64,000 nucleotides of DNA from Octopus vulgaris (GCA_951406725.2 OX597824.1:53196001-53260000), one strand, 5' to 3'. Shown: positions 11,823 to 24,760, counted from the first letter of the stretch. Notes: generated by a model not told the origin, from the letters alone. Numbers and translations are program-made.

Positions 11823-13314
11823 TCACGGTTGCGAGAGGGAGCCTGACAGATCCCTTCTGCCTGTCTCCCCCCCCTCGCCGTTGCTGCTGGGCGTTTCACC
11901 GGCGTTGCCACCGGGCTCTGGGTTGGTGTGGCTGCCGGGCTGACGTATAATTTCCCAGTTGTCACCTCCTGGGTGACATCCTTAATGAAGCCGGCTTTTA
12001 CGTGGTCTTGTAAGTTTTTCCTTTCCATCCTTCTTCGCCGACCCTTGCATATCGCCACCCCGCTTCCTTCTCGGTCGCTTTGTAGCCCCTGATCTGCATA
12101 CTTGCTTGCACAAATTTTACTGCTCTCTCGTTCCTTGTGGTGTATGCTATAATTTTTTCATTGGGTTTAAACCCTTTTACAGTTGGTGGGTGGGGTTTGT
12201 TAAAGTGCTGGCCTATAAATGTAGTACCGCCGGGGTGGGATTGGAGAATATTTTTAATTTGTTCGTCTGCGTTGTTTTTTCTTTTGTTACGGGTGGGGAG
12301 TCAGGGGTGATGGATTTTTTCCTTTTGTTCGACACGTTCGTGAATTCCATCTCTTCTTGTATATTTGTTTTCGTTGTATTAATTTCCTCTTCCTTTCCTT
12401 TCTCATTTTGCATTTCGTTCCTGTCTTCCTCCTTTTTGGAGTTCGACCTGTTTTTTTTTACCTCCTTGCTTTCGCCAGTCGTTACTCTGTTCTCCACTTT
12501 GCTGCTTTCTGCGTTCTTCACAGCGTTTTTTTTTGGGGGGGGCATTGCCCGTATTATTTTTCTTTGTTCAAACGGAGCGAACGTGGCCCTTTTGCCCGCA
12601 CTTAAAACATCTGGGCCTGCGTCCTTCCACCGAAAGTCGTATGGAGTGCCCCTCCCCTACGAAGACTCTATCTGGTAGGCTTTCCAGCATCGCATTTTCC
12701 ACCTGGATAATCATCTCCAGCTGCTGGCCTCTCCAGTGTTTTGCTATTTTCCTCTTCATACTCAAAATTGTCAATTTTGATTCAACATTAAAAATGACCG
12801 CTGTTGCCGCCCACATCACGTCGTAGCCCCTTGGTATATCTTCTAGGGTCACCTTTGCTGTTCTGCACCCTAAATATAAGTGTAGCAGTATTATATTCTC
12901 GTTTTTCAACGTTTGCGTCGAAATTTGCCTTGCTTCTTCCGCCGTCTCAAAATGCGCCTCCACTGTAGCGCTTCTTGTACCTCGGTTGACATGACGAACT
13001 TTATTCCATATTGATGCCATACACTTTTCGACCATTTCGTTTTTTACGTCGGTCATTCGTTTTTCTTTTATATTGTACACTTTATAGGTGACCATTTTTT
13101 CCCTTATTGCCTGTATAGTCTCAGGGGGCGGTACCAATCGTGTTTCTTCACCTCTTTTTTGCACAAGCGGTCTGAACATGAATAGTCTTTCCATTGACAC
13201 CTCCATTTCTTTCACTTCGCCACCTACGGCGTCTGAAAAACTGGGTTTTGCCTGTGTTTCCTTTTGTTTAACAGTTGTTGTACCTTCTCCCATCTCGGGA
13301 AAGTCTAATTCCAT
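11823..13314 (-). pseudogene. Tx1 ORF1 (gag-like, zinc knuckle), frameshifted
   Basis: RPRCFKCGQKGHVRSV(C) knuckle; split over ORFs 12568-13326, 12213-12545 and 11819-12058; homologous to 42753-44097. Confidence 0.85.
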
Positions 13315-13565
13315 ATTAGACAACACAAACTTGTCACAAATGACAAGAGAATTTTTTTTTCAAAAATAACCTATACAGGTTAAGAGTTCACACAAAAAAA
13401 AACACAGAGATTTTCTACCCCGAAGGGCGAAAATTACTGGGTCAAAAACAGTTCAACAATTATATTACGTGTAACACAACAAAGTAGACAAACGGAAACG
13501 AACTCACACAACGATTTGCAGCAACAGAAAAATATTTGATATACTCCGAGGAAAAATTCAAAAAA

Positions 13566-13886
13566 CACCGGTTTACGATGAAAGGAGTCCCAATGCAAAT
13601 ACTTATATCCTTTTTCCAGTAACCTTTCGTCACTGATCTTGAAAAAGTGTATACAAGCAATAATAAATCTCTGAACGAGGTATAAACAGTAACTGCACGA
13701 CAATGTGAGGTATATTTGCCATCTAAATATGGCTAACCACTAAGGGTGGGTGTTACTGTAGCTTGTAGCCCCAGGAGAACATCCGATAGGGCACAAAAAC
13801 ACCCACCCTTAGTGGTTAGCCATATTGAGATGGCAAATATACCTCACATTGTCGTGCAGTTACTGTTTATACCTCGTTCAGAGATT

Positions 13887-13890
<4 letters not shown>
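13566..13890 (-). mobile_element. Retrozyme-like repeat copy 1, upstream part: rest of monomer, partial tandem copy and inverted arm
   Basis: 13655-13783 = 7788-7916; 13783-13890 is the reverse complement of 7945-7957 plus ~7795-7887; flanked by (TA)n. Confidence 0.8.
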
Positions 13891-13953
<63 letters not shown>

Positions 13954-14010
13954 TACATATATGCGAATGTATGTACATATAGACAGACAGACAGACAGAC
14001 ATACAGACAA

Positions 14011-14073
<63 letters not shown>

Positions 14074-14672
14074 TTTACGTATATAGAGGCATATGTATGA
14101 GGCTGCTGCTGCAAGCATATCTTCAAATATGCTGTGTAATGAATACTCTTCGATAGATCTTTGATTAATTCCACCTTGTTTTATGTGCATCAACGCAGCC
14201 CCAGCAAAAGTGGACTATAATGCTGCAGCAAAGAGAAGCAACAACAAAAAAAGTCTTTCATTTCGATCATTTTGAGTAATTTTTAGTGTTGTTTTCTTTT
14301 CCTATTTTCATTTAATTAGCAGTTAGTATTAACACTATCAACACTACAATTATCATCACCATCGTCCTTCTCACATGCATGAACAACATACACATCAATA
14401 GAAACACAGCAGTAACAGCAGCATCAACATCTACAACAAAACGGCACAACAACACGGTACCAACAACAACAACTCCTGCAGTAGCAAGAATATGACAAGC
14501 AATAGAATGAGCAGTAAGGCATAGTAGTCGTAACAACAACAGCAGCAGCAACAACAAAAGCATTGGTATAATAATTATGAAAATGCGGAATGGTAATATT
14601 TGACGTCAGAAGTGAAAGATGGTGAATGGCTGAACGAAATATATTATACAATATACAAATCTATAACCACCC

Positions 14673-14728
<56 letters not shown>

Positions 14729-15184
14729 TTGCTTTCTTTCAATTTCTCTCTCACTCATATTCAATCTTTCTCTCTCAACCCCTCCACTTATTTTGCCTTG
14801 TTTGCTTTCTTTCTATGAAAAATTAATATTCTTTTCTTTCTTTTTACTTGCTTTTATGGTTGTTTTTGTTGTTGTTGTTGTATATTTAGATCAACAGAAT
14901 TACTATCTACAGCCTGATTCAACAAAATTCCTCTATAACATTCTAGATTGCAGACTAGAATCCATTATTAGAATATTCTGATACCATAACCGGAATATTT
15001 TTAGAGAATGAGGGTTTTTCACGTTGACTTTTATATTCACCACCCGTCTTTCTCCACACCTGTTCCCCACACACTTTCACTCTATCTTCCTCCCTTGCCC
15101 TCTATTTGTCTGTTCCTAGCTGTCATATGCGCATGTGTATAACTCTTAATGCGCAGGCTTACTTACTATCATACTCATACATAT

Positions 15185-15282
<98 letters not shown>

Positions 15283-15329
15283 GTTATATTATATCATATT
15301 ATATTATATTATATATTATATTATATTAT

Positions 15330-15501
15330 TGCTTAGCGATATTTCGTCTCTCTTTACGTTCTGAGTTCAAATTCCGCCGAGAACGACTTCGCCTTTCATC
15401 CTTTCGGGATCGATAAATTAAGTACCAGTTGCGTACTGGGGTCGATCTAATCGGCTGGCCCTCTCCCCAATAATTTCGGGCCTTGTGCCTAGAGTAGAAA
15501 A
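15330..15501 (+). mobile_element. tRNA-derived SINE (octopus OR-like family), 5'-partial
   Basis: ttacgttctgagttcaaattcc (B-box) ...gcctttcatcctttcgggatcgataaattaagtaccagt; similar copies at 24965-25180 (-) and 37015-37228 (+). Confidence 0.7.
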
Positions 15502-15504
15502 GGT

Positions 15505-15948
15505 TATATTATATTAGAGGAAAAATCAAAACCAAGGCAGAACGAGTATCTCAAGTCATTTATAATAATTTAATTACGGTAAAGTGAATTTGAAGTCTTA
15601 CAGCCGTTTCTGCGATAACCCAAGCAGTAGGTTAGTATGACCACGCATTGAGACAAAAGAGTGAATATTTTAGATAGGGAAAATTTACAGTTTATGTTTC
15701 TATTTTCTTCTTTATAAACTGTGAATTTTATTTCTTTGTAAACTGTAAATTTTTCCTGTCTAAAATATTCACACTTTGTCTCTGATGATGGAATGCTCAG
15801 TGCGTGGTCATACTAACCTCCCGCTTGAGTTATCCCAGAAACAGCTTTAAGCCTTCAAATTCACCTGACCCAAGTAACATTATTATAAATGACTTGAGAT
15901 GCTCGGCTCGTTCCGTCTTGCTTTTGATTTTTCCTCTAATATAATATA
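15505..15948. repeat. Long inverted repeat (~215-bp arms) of an HHR-bearing pLTR-like element
   Basis: tatattagaggaaaaatcaaaa... vs ...ttttgatttttcctctaatata; HHR-like motif gtct CTGATGA ... GAAACAGCT at 15778-15853. Confidence 0.8.
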
Positions 15949-16097
15949 TACCTGCTATAACGAAACCCTAATACGGATCCTTAACTCCAGCCTTAGTTGT
16001 AATCTTGGAACATAACGGTCGACCAATTATACCACTTACTCAGCGTACATATTCGTTTAGATCACAAGTGAATTATACTCCTCATATTCGTTATAAA

Positions 16098-16132
<35 letters not shown>

Positions 16133-16133
16133 T

Positions 16134-16925
16134 TTAACGTTTTATCTCACTCCAGCTGTTTACAGCAGTGCTTCGAAAGACGGTGTATAGTGTATGATCG
16201 TCGCATTGATCATGACAGAGAAAGTTGAGCTGAGAATCTGCATCAAATTTTGCCAAAAGCTTGGTGATACCTGCATAGAGGCCTACGCAAAGTTTTCAAA
16301 AAAATTTCATCGTTCTCGACACAATCAAGATCTTGTGCAACTGAAACCCGAGTGTCTTTTTGATCTACTGAAACACGAGTGTCTTTTTGATCTACTGAAA
16401 ACAGTTTTGACACAAACTTGACAGACACGTGTCTCATACCCAAATCTTCAGTGATAATGGACTGGACTGAACCGTAAAAAATCTGTACATCCTTTGAAAA
16501 CTCACGGATGGTGATTCGACGATTTCCTCTCTGCACGCACTTCTGCGATGTTTTCCTCAGTTATACTAGATGCGGGTCTCGCAGAACTTTCGTCAATATC
16601 GACATTTTTTTAGCCTTCTTGGAAACGTCTAAACCACTCGTACACTTATGTGCTGCTCATATACTCCTCTCCGTACACTTTCTGCAACTTTGCGTAGGCC
16701 TCTGAGCAGGCATCTGTCATGGTCAATGCGACGATCACACACTACACACGCTCAGTCCAAACACTGCTGTAAACAGCGGAAGTGAGCTAGAACGTTAAAC
16801 CTTAGTGCTCGTGCGCAGCAGAGTTCAAGGGCAATCTGTGCCAAGCGGCTTCGCTCTCCGTGCTTTAGCTTCGTTACTATAACAAATTATGGCAACAGTC
16901 CGGATAATTATTGATCAGACCTTTT
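16134..16925. mobile_element. Mariner-family non-autonomous derivative made of two inverted 5' ends
   Basis: + strand MTEKVELRICIKFCQKLGDTC; - strand VYEWFRRFQEG..RRITIRE..IITEDLGMRHVSVKFV; 16134-16218 inverted at 16713-16800; TIR-like end gatcagacct..ta. Confidence 0.75.
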
Positions 16926-16989
16926 ATATATATACACGCTGTTGGGAACCAAACTTCTTGCCACACGAGCGTGACTGCGCAATGAAGAG

Positions 16990-17330
16990 TTTGTTTGCCA
17001 AACACATGGTATGGGGGTTCACTCCCAGTACCTGTCACCTTGGGCAAGTGTCTTCTGCTATAGCCCCAGGCCGACCAAAGCCTTGTGAGTGGACTTGGAT
17101 AGATGGAAACCGAAAGAAGCCCGTTGTGTATGTCTGTGTGTGTGATTTTTCTTTGTGTACCTGAAAATTTTTATTACTTCGCTTGACTTAGTAGTTCGGC
17201 AAAAGAGATAGACAGGACAAGTATCAGATTTTAAATATATAAGTTCTGGGGTCGATTTGTTTGGCTAAAACTCTTCAAGTCGGTGCCTCAGTATGGCCGC
17301 AGTCCAATTACTGAAACAAGTAAAGGAAAA
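16990..17330 (+). mobile_element. Degenerate copy of the tRNA/CORE-like SINE family seen at 51098 and 51665
   Basis: ccttgggcaagtgtcttctgctatagcccc...gttcggcaaaagaga...tatggccgcagtc..actgaaacaagtaaa. Confidence 0.75.
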
Positions 17331-17711
17331 CTGTAAAAGATATCAAACTACTTTATCAATTATACACACGCACTGAAGTCGAGGGAATGAACAAAAAAAA
17401 ATTATTTTTAAATGTTCAGCTGCATATCGAAACGATTTCATTGTCAGCGCTGTAACACGCTCTCCATTCGTTAGTAGTTTGACTTTAGCGTCCCTTTCCA
17501 GTGTGTGGCTTTACTTATAGTAACAGCTCTTAATATAATAATTATATTGAGAAAATTATATTAATGTGTCCTACTTGTTAAAATTCTATTTATTTATTTG
17601 TGCAGTTTATTTAATTTCATCAATTAAATGGCGCCGGTTGAAACGGCCGTACTGCATCACTACTTGATATCGTGTTTATTTTGATTATATATAGATATAT
17701 TATCATTGTTA

Positions 17712-17769
<58 letters not shown>

Positions 17770-18549
17770 ATATATATATATATATATTATATATACACAT
17801 ATGTGTGTGTGTTACTGTAGCCTTGATTAGACATTTCATGATAATTTTAAGCGAGCGTCACCGTCGAGATAGCGGTTTCTGTTGCCAATCTTCCAAGACG
17901 TGTCTGGTCATAGTGATAAATTACCTTACTTGGAAATAGGGGAGGATTGACAGAAAGAAGGACATCCGGTTGTGGAGACTCAACATATACCACCTGATCT
18001 ACTTGGGCATGGAAAATTGTTTGTTAAACGATGGTGATAATGGTGGTGGTGATGATGATGACGCTGACGACAACGACGGTGATGATGACGATGACGATGT
18101 ATGCATCATCGGATAAGACGGACAGACGGATGGATGAATTGTATTTTAGCCAACATTGTTTACCGGCACATAACAAATTACTTAATGTGAACAATATCTT
18201 CATAGGCAAAGAGTACCAGCTGAACTAGTTTCAACCCTTTGCGCTTTCATCTACTCTCTTAAATTATATATTGAATGCCCTCTTAAATTGTATATGAAAC
18301 TACTGCTTTTAAACCGACTAATGACCTGAGTAACTCACATAGACCAATTTGTATAAATAACTTGCTGCTGGTTGCTAGTTTGATTAATAAATTACTCTGC
18401 TTTGATTTAGGGAATATAAAAGATTTATAGCCACAGCGGTACACATTCAAGGATGTAATTGTTTTCTATGTATAAAATATTGTAACAATATGATGCTTTC
18501 TGTGAATATAAATCTTTGTCATAATACAATTATCTTATCGTGTATATAC

Positions 18550-18592
<43 letters not shown>

Positions 18593-18708
18593 AACGTTAA
18601 ACCCTCCTTCTTCCTTTCTTTCCTGAGCGTCCAATAATACTTTATTTGTTCCACGTCCTCGCGTTGTTGTGTTTTTTTTTGTTTTTTTGTGTTTTCTTAT
18701 TTGGATTA

Positions 18709-18760
<52 letters not shown>

Positions 18761-18810
18761 TATATTATATTATATTATATTATATTATATTATATTATAT
18801 TATATCATAT

Positions 18811-18843
<33 letters not shown>

Positions 18844-19003
18844 CAAGCTTTGAAACAATATAAATAACTCTGTTGTATATTCAAGCTCTTTCTAAACAGA
18901 GATTAATGGATCAACTGGGTGATTTCAATGTGGTAATGAGAATCCAGTTATATTTTTTCGGTATGTATAATATAAATATATTAGGTATATATAATACTTA
19001 TCA

Positions 19004-19098
<95 letters not shown>

Positions 19099-19100
<2 letters not shown>

Positions 19101-19670
19101 TGCAATGTTTATTTTTGAGAGTAGTGGTTTTCTGATTGCAGCCATCCCGTGTAATCCGGCTTTGTGCAGCTCACGACGAACAGTTTTTGTGGAAACTGGG
19201 TTCTCGAGGTGGTCATTAAGCTCTGCAGTAATTTTCGGAGCTGTACTTTTGTGATCATTTCTGACAATTCGCGTAAGAGTCCGACGGTCCCTATCTGAAA
19301 GCATTGGTTTTCTTCCGGAGTTTTGTTTCGACGCGGAGGTTTTTCCCTCTTTCTCAAAGGCCGTCATTACTTTCCAGACAGTACTTCTTGATACAAACAT
19401 TTCAGCTGTTTTCGTTACGCTAGCATCTGTCATACGTGCACAAACAATTTGACCTCATTGAAAGTCCGTTAGATCTGTCATTTTAATAAATTTTAATTAC
19501 CTTCTTCTGGTGATATCTGAAAAGAAGCAGCAATTTTAGCAAAACATATTAAGCAACACTAATAATAAATCAAAAAACATAAAAATAAACAAACTTTTAA
19601 CGATTTTATAGATATTTCAAAATTATGATGAGATGATGCTAGGTGCTTCCATTATTTTGTCTAACCCCTG
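19099..19670 (-). mobile_element. Tc1-family transposon 5' fragment (TIR + paired-like HTH region), truncated at (CA)n
   Basis: TA|CAGGGGTTAGACAAAATAATGGAAGCAC end; ASVTKTAEMFVSRSTV..SGRKPMLSDRDRR..VSTKTVRRELHKAGLHG..RKPLLS. Confidence 0.85.
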
Positions 19671-19741
19671 TATATATATATGTATATAGACAGAGAGAGA
19701 TGGAGAGAGAGATTTATATATATACATATATACATACGCTA

Positions 19742-19780
<39 letters not shown>

Positions 19781-19967
19781 GAGAGAGAGAGATATGTGCG
19801 GAGATGTACTTGCATAGCAAGTGACTTGATTTCTGAGATCGTGTACTGAAACAAAAACAATTGCATCCTTGAATGTTATATGCCATTTAAATGGCTTGTA
19901 AACACCTTCTACGCTGCAATTGTTATATATATATCTATGTATATATATATATATGTATATATGTATA

Positions 19968-20026
<59 letters not shown>

Positions 20027-20199
20027 TAAGAAAGTTGGTTTGTGAAAGCACGTGGGTGAATATAAAAAAAATAGTAAAGAGTGAAAAAACGACAGAAGGC
20101 TTAAATGTTAAAAAATATATATATTTGCGTCAATATGTCTGAAGAATATTAGAAAATTTTTTAAACAAACTTTTTTCCTTTATAATGACATAATTTTTA

Positions 20200-20627
20200 A
20201 AGAAAGACCGGTTTCGCATTTAGCTTTTCAAATTTCTTGTGACGTTATGTTTATGTTTAATAGAGTTATCCTTGTGTTTAAGCTCCGGAGAGTTCTAAAT
20301 AAGGGAAGGTAGTGGGTGATTTCTTCCGGTGTAAGGGAGATAATCGCTTAAAATTTTTTTCCTTTCCCTTAATGTGAATTTCTCTATATCAGTATGTTCG
20401 GATGGTTGAGTCTGGGCTTGTACTTTTCAATGAAGAATGTTTCCTTGTTTAGTCTAATTTGTGTTGATGATCCGAAAGCACATTGGTAAAATGGAAAGAT
20501 TAAAAATTGTGGTAGTAGTTGCTTTGCGCATTTCTCAATGTGCTCACTAAAAGGTATCATTCTATATTCTGGGAATGCAATCTGTTGTCGATGCAGTGTG
20601 CATCTACGTCTGAGTGATAGTCCCGTA
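20200..20627 (-). mobile_element. Penelope 3' fragment (GIY-YIG C-terminus) with downstream HHR-like motif at ~20200-20238
   Basis: HRQQIAFPEYRMIPFSEHIEKC...IRLNKETFFIEKYKPRLN; then AAGAAA T TTGAAAA GC taaat GC GAAACCGGTC TTTCTT. Confidence 0.7.
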
Positions 20628-21572
20628 TAAAGAGCAAAAGATCTTGAGTAAGTTGAGAAATAAAATATTTTGAAACATCAATCATAAATATCAGGCAGTG
20701 ACAACGGAAAGGTCTGCTTCAAGGCGGACAGCAAAACAGTAACATTTAAAAGGGACAGACGAACTTGCGAGCTGAAAAAAAAAAAATATTGGAAACCAAA
20801 GTTTGAAGGGATAGAATCTGAGGATAGTAGACTCACCATGGCTGGCATTCAAAACTTCTTAACGAGGGACAGCAACGTACTGGCAGTTTTACGGCTGGCG
20901 CAAAATTTTGAACTTGATGTAAAAGAAAATTCCTAAACACCAAGTTTTTAAGTCATTCTTTCTCACGACAGTAGACTCACCAATGCAAGCATTCAAAACT
21001 TCTTCATCATGGACGGCAACACATTGACGATTTAAAGGCTGGCGCAAATTTTTAGTTTGATGTAACAGAGAATTCATAAACACCCCCTCCTGTAAATTTT
21101 AATCCTCTTTCAGCCCCATTTAGACCCCTTTTCACATAAAAATCCAATGTGTATCAATGTAATAATTCACCGTTCTAAAAAACCTGTGGCGGGAATATTT
21201 AAACTTTTGCGGCTGTCAACGCTTTCTCTCTATAGGTACAGACAGACGTACAGTGGAAGAGGTGGTGGGAGAAAGAGTGACAGAGAGACGGCGAAAGTGC
21301 AGGGAAGGAAGGAAAGAGAGAGATGGAGGAAGACAGGCTTATATACAAAAGAGAGAAACGATAAACACTTGTCAAAGTGTGGGTTTTGTTGCCCAAGTAA
21401 CCACAGCTTTTGAGATATGACTTTCTAACCTAGTCCACTCACTTCCTCGCCTCTTTTTACATGTCCCTGTAAATTTTGGAGCCAATTTGATCCCATCTAG
21501 TGCCCCTTAAACCGTTCCAATCCCAAAATGAGACAAACAAAATTTTCGTATTTCAGCTTTATAGATAGAGAA
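20627..21572. mobile_element. Non-coding insertion with internal ~145-bp tandem repeats; possibly Helentron/DINE-like
   Basis: Interrupts the Penelope fragment; agtagactcacca..gcattcaaaacttctt at ~20825 and ~20970; acagacagac motif; ends cagctttatagatag. Confidence 0.3.
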
Positions 21573-22675
21573 GATATGACCCGAATTCACAGAATCAACG
21601 TGGATAGGGTGAATTTCAAAAAACACAACACCATTAATTTTTTTGTAAAATATTATTAATGGTCAGTATAAAAACAGCTTACATACAGACACATATATAC
21701 ACAAACAGCAGGTGTTACGCCAGACATGCAGTCAAAAGTTACAAGGGTAACATATATACACAGTTCAGAAGTTCGGACTCCATATCCCGGTTTTGGGTTT
21801 TTCCAAAATTGGCCTCACACAAATTTGGTTTTTCAAAATTAGCATTCCAAAAATTTTGGATTTCATAAAATCCGGATTTCCAATTGTGTAAAATTTCGGT
21901 TTTCGAACCTCGGATTTCGACAGTGGATTTCGAACCTTGACTTCGAAAAATCTATCTATCAATTTGGCATTCAAACTTGCGTTTCGAAACTTGGAATGTC
22001 GAACCTTGGAATGTAGAAACCTTGGACCCAGATGTAACACAGAAATTATCTTAAAACTGACAAGCAAAAAGTTCTGGCGAATTCCTGGAGCATAGAATAA
22101 TTCCATAAATGCCTAACACAAAGCACAAAGTGCATGAAGTAAACAGGTAATCATAGATTCCAGAATCCAATTGAGCAAAATTTCTTTCTTTATTTTGACA
22201 CTACGGCCATAACATAGAGGGGGCAGCACAAGGACAGACAAAGCAATACATTGGGGTACATGAAAACACATATCGGAGGAATTATGAATATAATTAATGA
22301 GAATGAAATGGCTTTCCCACCCGCCAAAGTAGATAACACCGAAATGGTGTTATTTCAACTCTTTTTTTTTTTTCTAAAATAGTTCTCTTTCTCTCTCCAA
22401 CAGCACACTCTTCTTAACTTCATGGTTTGTTATTTTCACTCTAATATTTTTCATTTTGTTACTTTCTTTTCAGTTTCGACGCTTTTTTCATATACTATGA
22501 GGCTTCGTAAATTTCTCCCTGTAGGTATCGTTCTCTGATATCCTTTATCATTCTCTTCATCTGTCATAAATATCTCTGTCTCTAATTCGCTGTCTCTTTT
22601 CGTTTCCTTCCTTCTATCGTACTCCTTCCTTGCTAGTTGAAGGCGGCGGTTCGTGAGTTCGCATTTCACTTGATT

Positions 22676-22722
<47 letters not shown>

Positions 22723-23195
22723 GTAGGTCCCGGGTTGATTCGGGTTAATTTCACTTAGCAGAGTAAAATTAATTTATTTATGTCAAGAGAAATCTTATAT
22801 ATATATATATATATAATAAATTTATTTATATATATATATATATATATATTTATGTATATATATATATATATATTTATGCATATATATATATATATAATTT
22901 ATGTGCGTGTGTGTATAACTTTGTCACTAATGTTTTTTAGTATAACACCTACGCAAATTCTATAAACAAGCCTTTCAATAGAAATACATCAGGGCACTCC
23001 CAGATTCTCCCACCCCTTTTCCTCATCAGCCTCCTTCCTCTACTACCCTACCAAGAACTCACAACGACCTCCAACACACAAGTGCAAACAAGGGAGTCAG
23101 AGAAAGGCAGAATGCTACTTATATCTGAACACTACTATAGAAATATTCCTTTAAAAAAACTTTTCTTCTAATTTTTCTAAATTTAATTATTTAAT

Positions 23196-23243
23196 CGTTA
23201 CAGTTGAAAAGGTCTCAAAATGACCGAAACCGGTACTGAAATG
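23196..23243 (+). ncRNA. Hammerhead motif, U3-A8 variant core
   Basis: cgttaCAG TTGAAAA GGTC tcaaaat GACC GAAA CCGG TA CTGaaatg; palindromic stem III ACCGGT. Confidence 0.65.
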
Positions 23244-23321
23244 TTCACTATAAAATTATTTTAGCATTTTCTATTTTTGACTTGTTTTTTCATATATATC
23301 AACTCGTGTGTTCCTTTTCAC

Positions 23322-23367
<46 letters not shown>

Positions 23368-23785
23368 CATTTTATTACTCTTTTACATCATTAAAAATTG
23401 ATCACAATGTGCTACTACAACAAAAAGATATATTGAAAGTCATACGAAAAACGGTGTGCTTGCGCGCGTGTCTGTGTGTGTGTGTGTGTGTATTCCATTG
23501 AACAAAAAATTTTTTTTTTAAAGGAGAAAGGAAGATGTGGCGGAAACCATGATTTTATTGACTCCTATACGTTTGCTTCCTGTTAAAATAGAGCGTATGA
23601 TGGAGTCTTTCAAGAATTGTATACAATAATTTGGCATTGTTTCCCGTAGTGTTACTCAGGTAAATATTACTATGAGAAGTATTATAACAATGAATGCAAG
23701 TATTTCATATCAGTATAGCCTCTAGCATTAACAAATACTTGCTACTGCAGCGAAATATCAGTGAATTTAGGTTCCAGTGTTCTGA

Positions 23786-23818
<33 letters not shown>

Positions 23819-24049
23819 TGTGTGTCTGTGTGTCTGTGTGTCTGTGTGTGTGCATGCGCTTGTGTATGTGTGTTATGTGTGAGCGTGTAGTGTAGTATCT
23901 CCCTACTTATGTGTGTATGTATGTGTATAAATGTAAATGCAGTCAGGAATAAGGAAGAGATTCAAGAGTCCAATGTTCTGGGTTGAACAAAATAAGGGTG
24001 ACGAGAGATAAAGAGACGAATGAGCGTGAAGGAGATATGAGACCAACCC

Positions 24050-24760
24050 GCTCCGCGGAACTGAAGTCTTTATAGCAGCGACAAAAAACAGACAGAAGAC
24101 AACACGCTACTGAGAAGGCTGATACGTGTCTGTTAGTGGTTAAAAATCAAAGTCTTTAGATGCTGTCCAGAATATCTGTGAAGTATAGCAGCAGTACCAT
24201 CCCGAACAACTCCATTGTAAGCTTCAGTTCAGTTTTGTAGATTCTGAGAAGCTTTTGAGTGCTGGAAAATTTAGCACTGAAAACAAGTGCCAGTTTTTTG
24301 GATGCCGTCCTTGTGAATGTAACGAGTAGCCGGATGGGACCAGTTCCGCATACGAGTATACATAGTATAACTAAAGAATGGACTTAGACTGAGGACGATC
24401 GACGGTGATAGTGAAGCCCAATATTTGAAATGACTGTGAGGTTTCTAGTTGAATGATACACGTATTCAGGGTAGGAGGCAATGGCAATTTCTTGATATGA
24501 GCAGTACTCGGTGGGTATTGGAGATAAAGGGAAAGTGCTGTAAAGAGAAACAAGATTCTACTGGAAGGTGTCCTCGAAGTCTCCATTTATAGAATCGGTA
24601 AAGATTTAGCGTAGGGTGTCAGGGTTGCAAGTGCATGATACAAGGTTGGGGTTGGAAAGAAAGGCTGTATTATCTGCATGAGAACGGATGTTGTTGGATG
24701 TGACGACACATACGTCAATGAGATATAGAAGAAAGAGAATAGGGAACAAAACCGAACTAT
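24050..24760 (-). pseudogene. Highly degraded CR1/Jockey-like RT remnant
   Basis: Broken minus-strand similarity to RT C-terminal motifs (ILGFTI, DILDSI); many stops. Confidence 0.35.

Larger units (their letters stand above)
8070..13565 (-). mobile_element. Full-length Tx1/L1-clade non-LTR retrotransposon, copy 1 (5496 bp), 17-bp TSD
   Basis: TSD caccggtttacgatgaa at 8053-8069 and 13566-13582; ORF1 with CCHC knuckle, ORF2 APE-RT; AATAAA just before the 3' end. Confidence 0.92.

Noticed and set aside
7788-13783. Interpretation as an LTR retrotransposon because of terminal direct repeats
   Set aside because: No integrase, protease or RNase H, and no TG..CA ends; the protein is APE-RT of Tx1 type, and internal TSDs delimit the LINE inside the repeat
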